A DNA stretch of 63,011 bases, filler included, from Dimargaris cristalligena (lineage: Eukaryota), in assembly GCA_003614675.1 (NCBI GenBank). It is 3 parts of 3 records of this genome, joined end to end, with 100 filler letters (N's around TTAATTAATTAA, not from the genome) between each part and the next. Parts side by side here need not be neighbours in the genome. Positions count along the whole stretch, not along the records: positions 42,096 to 63,011 come from ML002681.1; 2 more parts are not named here. One strand, written 5' to 3'. The notes under the pieces are model-generated. The model was not told the DNA's origin. It saw nothing but the letters and a program-made list of their open reading frames with translations, and made no database searches. Both the position numbers and the translations under genes were made by a program. This document shows, one piece after another, positions 48,839 to 61,318 of this stretch. Position 1 is the stretch's first letter, and every line of letters begins with the position of its first letter.

Positions 48839-50427
48839 TCACACTGGTGGTGTACGAGAGCAGCGGGAGAGAGATAATAACATAGGTGCATTTCAATATA
48901 TATATATACATATATATATAGGTTAGTATTAACTGAAAGATGACAAATAGTATAAGGTATGCAGAGGATTGCCCACGTGGCTATTTTAACCCATTCGGCC
49001 AATGGAGCCAAAGCGGAGAAATTTAGGGCGGAGATTGGATAACAGTAGGGCCATTGGGTACCACAGATACGCGGCAATAGTAATCGGCGGTACTATTAAA
49101 CAGCCCCCGATCACCATGGGGTTCACTTTACAAATATATACATATAAGAAGGCAAGCACTTACTATAAGGCGGTACGGGGCCAAAGGGCTGATGCGCCGG
49201 AGGGTAGGGTCGACCGAGTGGATCACTGAACGGGCCCATAGGGTTACCACCATGGGGTGGCATCATGCCCATGCCATAAGGGGAAGTCGGGGTAGGGGGA
49301 AACCCGGGGCCCATGGAGGGGTGACCACCACCATACAAAGGGTGGGGCCCCATGCCCATGTCGCCCATATCCATGCCACCACCGCCCATACCCATGCCCA
49401 TACCCATCCCCATGCCACCGTACCCTCCGTAGCCGTATGCCGGATGCTGAGAAGCCATCTGCGGGCCCATCCGCGCGTGAGGAGGAGGTGGGGAGGGTCG
49501 GATACCTCCACTCATACCAGGGCCACCACCATACATGGAGTCGGCCGGCCCGCCGAAGTACTGCGAGGATGGGTTACCGGACGAACCATAGGGAGGGGGC
49601 GATTGACGGGCGTACGAATGGTGTTGGTAACGGCGGGAATCATCGGGGTAGGTTGACGCACCGGCCGGACCCATGTCGTCGGCGGCACCCGCCAGTCCGG
49701 GGCCAGCGGTACCGGGGCGATTCTCGGGGTAGGCCGACTGCTGGTACTGGTTGTACTGAGACTGTTGGCGGTGGTGGTAGGATGGCTGAGGCTGATGGTG
49801 GGTGTATTGGGAAGCCGAGGCATAGGGCACACTTTGCTCCCGACGGAAATGACCCCCGCCACCGCCATAACCCTTAACGCCAAAACATTCTTCCATACCG
49901 TAACCGGGCTGGCTCATGTCACCCAAATTACGGATCATCATTTGCCAGGACTCCACAAATTCGGGGTCCTGGAAATCGTAAGCCCCGAAATACCACCCGA
50001 AATTGACCAAAATATCGCCCTCGTTGGGCCCCGCGGAATTGTGCGAGGTTGCGTTGTTGTCGATGGGGAATAAGGGGAACCACGCGGAGTACATTTCGCC
50101 GGAGGCGTACATTTTGGGCTGGTTAATACCGGTGAACAACATGGACATGGGGATACGGGCCATGCCCATCTCCTCGCGGGCTATAAGCATTTCCTGGTGG
50201 TATACGCGGAGAACAATATGGCTGGGCGGGTGTTCCGGGTCGATTTTAAGCTCCATGGAATGGTCCCAACGGGGATTGAGGGTATCCCGTTTGCTGCCAG
50301 TGCTTTCGCGGTTATTTCCCGCGGTGACTATCACGAACGGATTGGCTAAACCATCGCGGTCCTTGGGAACAAGGTTGCGGGCCCGGTAGATCTTAATACG
50401 AATGACGGGTCGGCGGCCGAAAAACAT
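48839..50427 (-). CDS. C2-domain protein with G/Y/P/Q/M-rich tail
   Basis: IRIKIYRARNLVPKDRDGLANPFVIV...TLNPRWD C2 motif. ATG at 50427. Donor GTAAGT after 49164, branch-like TACTAAC, CAG acceptor at 48844 give a 5-nt last coding exon (PPYM*). Probable 5'UTR intron about 50889-50494. Confidence 0.85.
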
Positions 50428-52381
50428 GGTTAATGAGTGGGCGAAATAGGGTACTCGGGGCACTACTTAGGACAATGGTCGAGCCGTCGAGGGTCTAAAT
50501 ACCGGGGATGTCAGGGGAAGAACGGGCGGAAGTACGGTTAGTTTACGGGGCAGAGAAACGAGTGGGAGACCAGTTGCATAAGGCGATAAGCTCCACTCTA
50601 TTGGGGACAGTCCCTCCTTGAAGTCGGGCCTGGTTCAAATTTCCTTGTTGGACAGTCAATAGGACGCGTCGTTTAGTCACTGGCAAGTCGGGGTATGCAG
50701 AGTAGGGCCGACTCATCCACTGGTGACACAGAAGCGAACTAAGGCGCCTTCCATGACTCGTTGAGCTGCGGTGTACAGAGAGACGGGAGGTTTCCCATTC
50801 TCTGCGCCTGTCCCCCCAGGAGAGACTCGAGTCAATGCTGGGGGAGGAGGTGGGCGAATGTCGGATACAGTAAGGAGGACGGGACTCACCTATTCAAGAA
50901 CGAACGGGGGTAGCTAGTAAGTGAGGCTATCCTAAATAGCGGCAGGGACGAAGCAGTAAGACAACAGTAATAAAGAAAGGAAGAGTCAAAAGGAGTGGTT
51001 CGGTGGACAGTCGAAGGGCTCGCGCGTTAATAAAATGCATGGTAATGTTATAGCGGGGGGGTTCTTGGGGACTCAGCTGCCCTCTCAACACAGCACCTAC
51101 TAGGTCTAGTAGGGTGGAGGGAGGGGGCTGTGAATGTGGACACGCCTTACTTGACCCTTCTTTCAATCCCAATCCCAACTCCGACCAGTCAGCTGCCTTT
51201 AGCCAGCGCCATTTCTCTCCCAGTATACACTTGGCTGTGCACTGCGAAGAAATGAAACAATAGCACTGCCTACAATGAATCGAGTCCGTTCATCTTCCAA
51301 ACTGCCTTGTTTTTGAATACGCACGGTCGATCGTGAGGGTGTGTGTGGGGAGGACGCACCCTCGTTGTCTACGCCCAATGGAAATATCCTACCACGCTGT
51401 TGAAGAACTAAAATGATCACAGTGCAAGGGGTGGATGAAAAACCGCACCAATATACAAAACAATTATTGCAAGAGATTCTGTTCAACCAACATGGTACCG
51501 GCGAAATTAATTGACCTTTTCCATCAGTTGTAGCATAGTTAACACCCTTAAATGGCACTTAGTTTGGTTGTTTTGTTAATAAATAGAAAGGAAAAATGGA
51601 ATTTCCGTCGCCACTACCAGAGCGAGCCGTAGGGCAGCCCGTAAAGGCCACCGCAACTCACCCCATCTTATTCTCAAACAGGCATCGGGCTCTTGTGAAG
51701 GAGCTTTATCTCCCCTACCTATGATACCCCAAGCAGTGTAACTCAAGCTAAGTATAGCAGGCGTTCCGATGCTGGCAGTAAGGTCCGAGGGTGTCAATAT
51801 AGTTAAGGAACCATATAGGTACCCGAAAGGCACCGGTACTTATACAAAAGCCCCTTCCTCCACCCTATTATGGGACGCTGTATCAACCATTCTGCTAAAT
51901 AGTTGCACCAAAAATTAGCCAGTGTACTGATACCAAATAGCCAATGGGCTGGTCCCTTTTATACTGCACCGAGTTGCAAAAATATATCCTACACGACCAA
52001 TTATTCGATACGGCCTATCCATTCATTGGCTAAAGGGGGGGGGGTCAATAAAAAATACTCGATTTTTAAACCAAGACACGGGACTAGCCAGCCCCGGAAC
52101 AACAACGCGGATGATAACAATGATACTGATAATAATAATAACAATAGTGAAACATAGACTGGCAGAAGGAGCTCGGTCAAAACTCAAATAGAGCTTGGAT
52201 TCTTAGGGTCACCCGATTACACCCCAACCTGCCCCTGAGCTGAGCCGGGTCCATCGGCGGTATTCCTACCACCCGAAACAGCAATTGTCCGAGCAGTCGA
52301 ATACGCAAGTCCTTGGCTATTGACCCAATGCCGGAGCGATGCAAACGGCCACCTCTAATCTTTTGAAATAATTCCCTTCGT

Positions 52382-54330
52382 TCAGTACCGCTTAGTAATA
52401 CATAGGTGTAGATTTTCTGGTCGGTTGAGGTCAAAGGGTGGGGACGTGACAGGGTCACACCCGTTCTTATCGAGCTGCAGGGTCCACGTGTACTTGCGTA
52501 AAATCATGCTGGTGACTACCCGCTGCTCCATCAGGGAAAAGTTCTTGGCAATACACTGGCGGGGGCCACTCCCAAAGGGGATGAAAGGGGCCAAACCGCC
52601 GTCTTTGGGCTCAGCCATATTAACGTCGAGGAACCGCTCTGGCCTAAATTGCTCGGGCAGCTCGTAGTGGTTGGGGTGGTGCTGAAGGGCCAGCACATGG
52701 GTCCCGATCCGATTGCCTTTGGGAATAAGGTGACCGCAGATGATTTGATCGGTCATGTTTTCGCGCGCCACAATCGCGGGCAGCGGGGGGTTGTACCGGA
52801 GGTTTTCGCGAATGGACGCATCCAGATAGACCATGGCCTTGAGTTGGCCGTCATTGGGAATGAGGTCCGTCGGTGCGTCGCCCATCACCGCTAACACTTC
52901 CCGGCGGACTGTGGTTTGCACGCGGGGGTTTTGCGCCAGCATGTACATCCAGAACCCCAGCGCACCCGCCGTGGTTTCCTGGCCGGCTAGATAAAATACT
53001 ACCACGTTATCGCGCAGCTCCTTGTTGGTGATCCGGGGCGCCGTCGGGTCTTGGCACGCCTCAATCATCAAGGTTAAAATATCAGCATTGGCGCGGTCTT
53101 TCAAGGGGGTCTCGGCCAGCTCTTGGCGTTTCTGATCAATCACCGCAAAGAGCATATCATCCAGTTCATCAATTTGGGCCGACAACTGATCCCGGCGGAA
53201 CCCGGGTAGACCATCGAGAAAGGGGAACAAGATGTAGACGGGGTTGCATAGTTTACGCACAATCGTGGCCAGAAGCACGGCGTATTTGGATTCGGGGTTC
53301 TCCAGCGAGTTAAAGTCGAATCCGTACGCCGTACGGCCCAGCACATCCATGGTTAGACGACCTAGGTAAATGTCAAATGGGACCACCCCCATCCGGGCGG
53401 AACCTCCCCTCCTTTGGAACTCCTCTTTTTCAATCACATCGAACATCCGGATGGTGGTCTCGCCGATGGCCCGGGTGGGCCACGCGTGGTTAAACGCCGG
53501 GCTAACTATCCGGCGTATCCGGCGCCAGACATCACTGCCCGAGAAGGAAAGACTGGTACCAATGAATTTGCGGAATAGCGACTCCGGGTATTCGGGGTTG
53601 GGCATGGCCTTCTCTATGGTGTCTAAACAATGCAAATGGGTTGGTTTCAAGGGGCATCCGTGGTAAGTTCAATGTCGAAATATAATTAACAGTCAGTGGT
53701 TCAAGGTATGATGATGGACTAAAATAAAAAAAAACTGTCACCGATTATAATATCGGAGGTTGCTACAGTCTCTTTCATTAACCAGCAGTTTGATTTGACC
53801 CGAAAGTCGAATAATTACTAACTAAATAATGGTCGGTCATACTTACGGTTGGTCCGGCTGAATATTTCTTTGGCGTAATTTAAATTGGTGGTCATTAATT
53901 TCCATCGCCCACCGTTCCAGATCTACTTAGTGGCAGGGCCAATTCGGAAGGAAGTGGGTAAGTGGCCATTGGCAATTAGAGTACAAGTTCCATATTGGGA
54001 AAAACGGCATTCCTATAATACTTGGTCTTCAATTAGTAATAAAGACCTAAATGGCAGTTAAATACCATACACCTGGTGTAGCCCAATATTGGGGCTTTAT
54101 ACGACACTTACTACATAGGACTCATTTTGGACGAAAAAATCTCGCATTTCCTGGTATTGCTTTTGCGGGGACGTTCGGTAGTAGGCCCACCGGATAATTT
54201 TGGTGATCGGTATGGCAGGGAAGGGCCGAAAGTGACTAGGTATTCGAACTATACGGTATACGATATAGCCTAGGGAGAGAATTATGGTTATGATAACCTC
54301 GAGCCATATGGGAAAATACAGTCCCTGCAT
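52382..54330 (-). CDS. Cytochrome P450
   Basis: Exons 54330-54112, 53922-53847, 53622-52382 join in frame. N-terminal membrane anchor, WRRIRR (WxxxR), AGQETT, ENLR (ExxR), PERF, heme motif PFGSGPRQCIA. Confidence 0.96.
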
Positions 54331-57300
54331 GATGCAATAGGTGGCAACTAATTATAATTATGTCTGGTCGGGAAAGTAATGCCAACGAAACGAATCGAAG
54401 GAAAGGGGTACGTGTGAGGGTTATGCAGGTGAAGTACTGTCGGTCTGTAATAACAGAGACGCACACCAGTCGTTAAACGAACGAGCAAAACGGTTTTTAA
54501 TAGGAATAGTAAAAATGGCTGAGAAAAATGGTGCAAGCAGGGCTGGCCACCGGGCCGTATTTATCCTCGGCTGAGGGAAATAGAAGAACTGTGTAATCTA
54601 TGCACCCATAATAAAAGTCGGCGTCTATGGGCGACTTCCCTACCACAGCTGCAGCTACGCACATTGTCAGTAGGGCTACCTACTGTGAAGTAGGGGCTAT
54701 GCGTATGGTCTGTTTGTTTCACTAGGTTTTGGGTGGCACTGAGTAAATAGGTAAGCTCAGCAAAGTCAGCACCGCCCGCTCCCCATATGTGTAAATAGTA
54801 ATAGATAAATTCTAGAGAGCTTATATGTTCCTGCGAGAGACCAAGGGGATTGGGGAGGCCAAGGTTAGTACGGTAAATATAAAGAAATAAATTAAATTAC
54901 GTATGAGGGCGGCAATGGGGACGAGAAAGGGGGCTTAAGCCAAGTTGCTTGATGATGTACGGTAAGAGAGAGAGAGCCCCTTTCAGCGAATTTGGGTGCA
55001 GTACCTGTCAATCAAGCCCCTTCAACTCTTCCACTGGCTATGGACCATGTCGACGCCAGGGACCCGCGTTTCACCCCTAACCTAAAAATACATCACTATT
55101 GTTCCTCAAATACAAGTAGCATATTCAACAAAATAAAATTTACATCCCCTACATCCACTCCACACCACTCCACTTCTATTTTTATCGAGTCGCGCCATGT
55201 GGGGTTGGAAATTAAGTATAATTTATCTGTTTCAGACTTTAATATACGCAAGTGAAGATCTCCAGAAAGAGAGTCATCGATGACCACCATCTAAAAGTAA
55301 TCGAAATAGTGATAACATTTAGTTAAGGCGAGTATCTGTGAATATCCTTGGAGGGGGGCATTGGCTACGCTTTGATCGGCATACACCACCGGGCACTAAC
55401 CAGACTCAAATGTGGACAAATAAATCGGAGTCACATATATCTTCAGCACCCAAGTTGCCGAGATTTCCCACAGCCTGATGACTTGGTACATATATTAATG
55501 GTTTGTGTGTGCATTTTAGTGCGTAAGGCGGGGGTAGTGATGGTTGGTAGATGAGGATTCCGTAGTGATATCACAGATTTTACCTGATTTTTAGAAAGGC
55601 GGGGAGCGAGAGAAGGGTGGTCGAAACCATGGTATGGGTGGAATTTCGAGAATCTAACCACCAATTTCATTGTGTGGGCTTTGAAATCGTAGCGCCATTA
55701 CCAGCATTAATATTTTTGGCTGTATTCAGAAAGTAGGTCATTTAGTACCGGCGGGATAGATTTGCCCAGAATGGATGGCGAATAAATCGTGTTTTATAGA
55801 TGTGAAGTTCGTGACAGTTGGTTGGACCGGTGGCTTGTTTTTATGGGGGCCACGCTCAATATAGGCAGCGGTAGCCTACGTGGCCTAATGAAGCACCACG
55901 GGTTGCTGCTAACATTCGGCTACCCATTATCCACATCTGAAATACCATCTTGTATTCTTAACGGAGAGCACGGGTCAATATGAAATCAACACTCGGGGAC
56001 GGTTTCTTGGATTAATTGGAGTAATAGCAGAAAGTTATTTACAGGGTAAAAAAAGACTTACACTGGTAACTAAATGCCCTATGTTATCATTACGTAAGCG
56101 GCTATCTAGGCTATTGCCCGTAATAATGGTATATTTTTGATCCTAAGTCAATGCAGAATACTGGCATCATCCTGTGTAAATTGATACTCCACCAAGCGAC
56201 TCTGCCTTCTTCCAGGGCCAGATTCCACCAGGTATTCCAACCAAGTGGGATACGTGAGTAATACACATCAGTCAAGAGACACACGGCCCCGACCATAGAT
56301 TCCAGAGTTTCTGGCGAATTACTGTCTCGTCAGGTGTGTCCCCAAATCCTGTAGACCTATTTTAACTGGACGACCTTTAGTACAGAGCATTTTTTCCCAA
56401 GCGCCGGATTCTAACCCTACTTTAATCGGAAGTAAATTCCTCCGAATTTAACCAGGATGAACTAACCTACACAACTAAAATGATGTTACACCTAACAACA
56501 ACCCATTCCATACAAGCCAAACCCGTCCATGGAAAGAGTGTAGTCTGATAAAACTCTCAAACCAAGAGAAAATTAATCATGTACATCCAATGTGTTATAG
56601 ATAGTAGACATAACCACTACCAGATCCCAGGTAGTTAGATAATTGGTAATAGAATGCCCAGTTTGGTGATGGCAGGGACTGGAGGTCTAACGAATTTTCC
56701 TAAAATAAAAAGTCCAGTCGGTCGGTCTGTTACTTAACGAGTATAGACAAGTGTGTTAATTAGTAGTAGCGATAGAGTTTGAATGTGGACTAATATATAA
56801 AGATAATACTAAGCGGATAGGTTTGCAGTCATCTAAGGAGCCATATCAGGGCAAGGAAACCGTTCTCTTTTATGCTGGAGTACTAATTATAATCCCTGTT
56901 AATTGAAAAAGCGGTCTCAGGCTGTCCCTCTATAGAGGTCTTGGGCCCAACAGATGCCAGGGGAGGAGTAGGTGCTTGTGGTGGCCTGGTCATGAGTCCA
57001 TTGATAGGGGTGACCGGGCTGGTACATGGCGGCCCCGATGGCGCAGTAGCAACAGGTCCTAACTAAAAATCGATGAGCAGAGTCCTATTGATGAAGGATT
57101 AGGAAACAACAAAAATAACTACAACACGTTTGCACTGCCAGTTTGCATATAAATGTTCGACTTCATTTGTCTTGCATTCAAAAGTCCGACCTATTTCCGA
57201 GTATTTCCATATTCTGCTTAAATTTTATTGGATCATTTTTGTCATGTCGTTATTACTATCCAGCGACTTCCAAGGCCCTCCTAAAGGTTACATAAGTAAC

Positions 57301-57785
57301 TGGCGGAATTGCCCCTTCTTGGGAGGTTGTCATCGCCTACTCGTTTTGATTGCTAATATCATGTATACCCTATCGTGCCTCATTTTCACTTATCATTTTT
57401 CCTTGCCATTCGCCGACGCCATTATTTTCTATAAATCATTTTACCCCTCGATTACATCCTTGTCTTTCTTTTGTTTAATCGCTTTCTTGTTCCCGTTTAC
57501 TGGCGTCATGACTACGTCCAGCGCTGCCCCCGTCTCGTCCAACCCGGCGTTTTTAGGCCGTACCCATAGGGAGGCCAATCCTTCCTATCGGATTCCGAAG
57601 GCCGTCAACACGAGACCGGGACCCAATAGCATAAAAGTTCAAATAAAGATAAAAGCAACACCTGGATGCTGGACGCAAACCCTATATATCTTATTTATTT
57701 TAATAGGACGATATATTGTGATATAATATAAATTCTTATAGATGACAAGAGTATGATACAAAAAAATTCGGCCAATACTGTCGAT

Positions 57786-59096
57786 TTAAGGCTTCTCCTT
57801 GGAGTGTAATTTAGTAATATGTCTTTCCAAATTTGAGGCGGTTGTGAATGATCTATTGCATTGTTCACAAGCAGATGGCCTCTCCCCGGTGTGTGATCTT
57901 AAATGAATGACTAGACTACTAGGGCGCAAAAATGATTTCGTACACACATTGCAGTGGTATTTTTTTATCTCGCCGGGGTGAGATTCTCTGGAATGAGTAC
58001 GGACACCTGATTTCTTTGGTACCACGAAATCACATTGACCATATTTATAAAGCACTCCCCTACCATGTGTTGTCACAACCTCATTCGGAGGGCTATGACC
58101 CTGCGGTAAACCCCCTTCAGCCGCTGCAGGCTGAGTCGTCTTTTCGGAGTGGGATTTCAAATGGTCCAAGAGTTCATTACAGGTGCTGAATGGTATTTGG
58201 CACTGGTCGCAAGTGTAAAACGGTATCTCGGCATCCTTAAATCCAATTGGCATGTTGTTGATGCCACGCCGCCCAAATTGCGGCTCACATAATCCACCAG
58301 GGTAAGGCCTAACCCCGGTGTGTACTCCCATATGGTCATCCAGCGTACTGGGGTTCGGAAATAAGCACCCACAAATGTTGCACACATGTGACTTGGCACG
58401 GGCGATTGAGAGGAAGTATTCATCCAGTTTCGTTTGGGACACATATGAGCGCTCATGATTTTCATAGGGGAAAGTTCTCTCCACATTTTGTAATTTCGCT
58501 TGATCGTCACTGGGAGCTAGCCCGAAGGGGCTAGGCAGGGTACGAAGGCGGGTCTCAGGGCCATCTTCCAATGTTTTCTTCGTGGGCTGATTAGGTGGGC
58601 TGCCGTCTGATGCCCCTAGGCTTAAGGCGGTGGGATCCCAAGCCATGTCAACCAGATTGTTGAGGAAGCATGGGTCAAGGTCGACATTGACCCGATAATC
58701 ATTGCCGTCCGGTGCGTTATACACGCTACCCGCGGTATTGGGAAGTGAAGCAAAGTACCCGGAAACACCGCCGGGATTCTGGGCGCGATAGGGGCTGCTT
58801 AGTTCCTGGAAACTTGGGGCACTGCTGCCATCCACTGACGGTTCGAATGGATAATTGAATAGTTGCAAATCACTGGCGTCTGGCTGGCTTACATAGTTAT
58901 AGTTATCGTCAAGTAGGGAGTCGATGGGGTGCGGTCCTAGGGCCGTATTTGAGGTGGGTTCATCGAAATTATAAAGGTAACTAGGGGTATAGAAAATTGC
59001 ATTCTCTGGATTGACCTCAGATGGGTTTGGTTCGGTAGCCCTCGCTACAGTGAGTAGCCCCAACCACAACAGCCCAGTTGTTTTGTGGGCTCGCAT
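57786..59096 (-). CDS. C2H2 zinc-finger protein with N-terminal signal peptide
   Basis: 436-aa intronless ORF with AAA-ATG context. MRAHKTTGLLWLGLLTVARA|TE. Four intact fingers including YHCNVCTKSFLRPSSLVIHLRSH-TGERP-SACEQCNRSFTTASNLERHITKLH. Confidence 0.9.
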   Translation of the reverse strand: MRAHKTTGLLWLGLLTVARATEPNPSEVNPENAIFYTPSYLYNFDEPTSNTALGPHPIDSLLDDNYNYVSQPDASDLQLFNYPFEPSVDGSSAPSFQELSSPYRAQNPGGVSGYFASLPNTAGSVYNAPDGNDYRVNVDLDPCFLNNLVDMAWDPTALSLGASDGSPPNQPTKKTLEDGPETRLRTLPSPFGLAPSDDQAKLQNVERTFPYENHERSYVSQTKLDEYFLSIARAKSHVCNICGCLFPNPSTLDDHMGVHTGVRPYPGGLCEPQFGRRGINNMPIGFKDAEIPFYTCDQCQIPFSTCNELLDHLKSHSEKTTQPAAAEGGLPQGHSPPNEVVTTHGRGVLYKYGQCDFVVPKKSGVRTHSRESHPGEIKKYHCNVCTKSFLRPSSLVIHLRSHTGERPSACEQCNRSFTTASNLERHITKLHSKEKP

Positions 59097-60735
59097 TTTA
59101 TAGGTTGCCGGTTCGATAAAGCTCGCTGAAAATCAGATACAAAGGAGTATCCGTAAATGGAGTAAAAAAATACAACTGTGGATAGTATCAATTAGTGACG
59201 ATACAATAACATATCAGTCTACCGCCTGGTTTGAAAATAAAAATCAATATATGAAGAGATGACTGACCGCGAAATAAATTATCGAGGACGCGGTTTAGGA
59301 AGTATATATATATTCAGCTAACAATAGGGCTACCTTTGCTGATATCTATACATAAATATACAGCTAACCTTAAACCGCGTCCCTGGCTGACTACCTTGGT
59401 GAGAATGGGATATTTCCAAGTATCATGGTCTGCACCGTTAACCATATGTCCATGGGGTATCGATTGTAATACAGTGTTGTACAGGCTTAAAGACTCTGGC
59501 TTTTTAATGGACCAGCGGATCCCCTGTTGTCGTCGTGGGCCATTAAAAGCTCAAATAGGGCTACATTATTATGCACAGTCGTAACACGAGAGAATATTCC
59601 TTAAGTCGGAGTGACAATGCTATTGTTACCAACGTCGAGCCTACTATTGGGGTTTGGGCCCTCTCATGGTCAGATTATGGCTGTTAACTTTTCGTTACGA
59701 TCACTGCTTAAAAGATGACTTGTTCAAAATACCCAATGAAGATATCAGGCTAAACTCCCTATTGTTACAGGTCACTAGGCCAATGATGTGGCTAGTGTAA
59801 CAACCGGCCCGATGGGAGGATTGTCACCCACCCGCTGTTTTCAAAGTCAACAACTCAGGCTACTTCGTCATACTGGAGTGACCCTGTCTCTAGTTAATCA
59901 CACTAATATACGGATATTGCCCCATTCCCCTAATAGTAGTCATAATAGTGCGTAATTAGGCTATGGTGGTTGCTCCTCATTTCCTGTGTAAAAGTCGATA
60001 TTTTAGGGAATACGGTTAGGAACCTTGCCTCCAGTGGTGCCTGGTAGTGGCACGGGAGTCAATCCAACAAATTGCAGACTATAATAGGATTAATTTAGTA
60101 ACATGGATAACAGATAGTCTGTTGGTATAATGGTAAATATTTAAATAATATTCATTCTATACCTGCAAGACCTTTCTCATCCAATGTATTGTTATATCTA
60201 TAAACAGAGAGGACTTTTCCTATATGTCTTGGCCTTTGTTGTAGGCCAACAGACTAGTACCGGCTGGAACGCCTACACCTAGGATGAGTAACAGGAAGCT
60301 ACATACGAGACACTGATGTTTTGTAGACCATAAAAATATAGACGGCCTTAGATATCAATCGAGGGAGTTAACTAGAAAAGAGAGGGCATAAAATAATTGC
60401 TAATTTACCGTTAGATACATCAACTATATAAATGAAGAGATAGTAATGGCTAAAGAAAAGTGGTTATTTGGTTATTGAATTTCTGCACTCATTTGATTAA
60501 ACTGAATAATGGTGGGGGCTAGTCTCACAAGATAAGTCAGCTTGGATACTATTGATTATTAAGTGGGACAGTCTATATCAGTTCACTAGGTTTGTGGAAA
60601 TTAATTAATCTGCAATATATTACCAGATAACTGGTACAGTATCCCGAATTTTGCTGAGGGATTCAGTGAAGCCTTTGAGCCCTTTGGCTTAGTTTATATT
60701 ACACATAACTGTAATATATTTTCTGGGTATGGAGT

Positions 60736-61317
60736 TGTCATCCGGGTTAACCATTCTTAGTCCATTAAGAGTTCCAAGGATAGGCTTCTAATGGTGGACA
60801 GGCTTAGACTTGGCTAAGTGGGTCCTAGAATTAGGTGGGGGCCTGGTACTAACTAATAAAGGCTATTAAAGTAGGTTCAGGTAAGAGATGTGCAGGAAGC
60901 ATACTTACTAGTTAATATGAGGGGAGTAAGTGTATATAGAGCTTATTAGGATAAACTGAGGGTATAAGAATAAGCTAAGGAATTGAACTGATCCTCATGG
61001 GGCCCAGTTATATATATATAGGGGATAATACCAGAGGGAAGTCCCTGATGGGGGATACTACTAAGACTAAGATATGATAAATAAGCTAGCTAGATGGCTG
61101 TGAGGACTTAGAAGACTCTATTGGGAACTGGAAGGGTTGATAGATCAGCACAGGGGTATTTAGTGTAAACTAAGGAGTCCAGAAGGGAAATGGTTATATG
61201 AAATAGGGTGATCCCATAGTACCCAAAGTGACCATAGAAAGGTTAATATGGTACTATAAGGCCTAATGGGGATGGACAGTATTGTATCTAGATTAAGTCA
61301 GATTAAAAGGGCTGATA
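60736..61317 (+). repeat. LTR family 1, copy C (uninterrupted, 582 bp)
   Basis: TGTCA...TGATA, colinear with copy B over its whole length. No matching target-site duplication seen. Confidence 0.85.
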
Positions 61318-61318
61318 A

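Noticed and set aside
52382..59096. Secondary-metabolite cluster around the P450 and zinc-finger gene
   Set aside because: No backbone synthase, transporter or further tailoring genes nearby; the methyltransferase is 35 kb and two gaps away.
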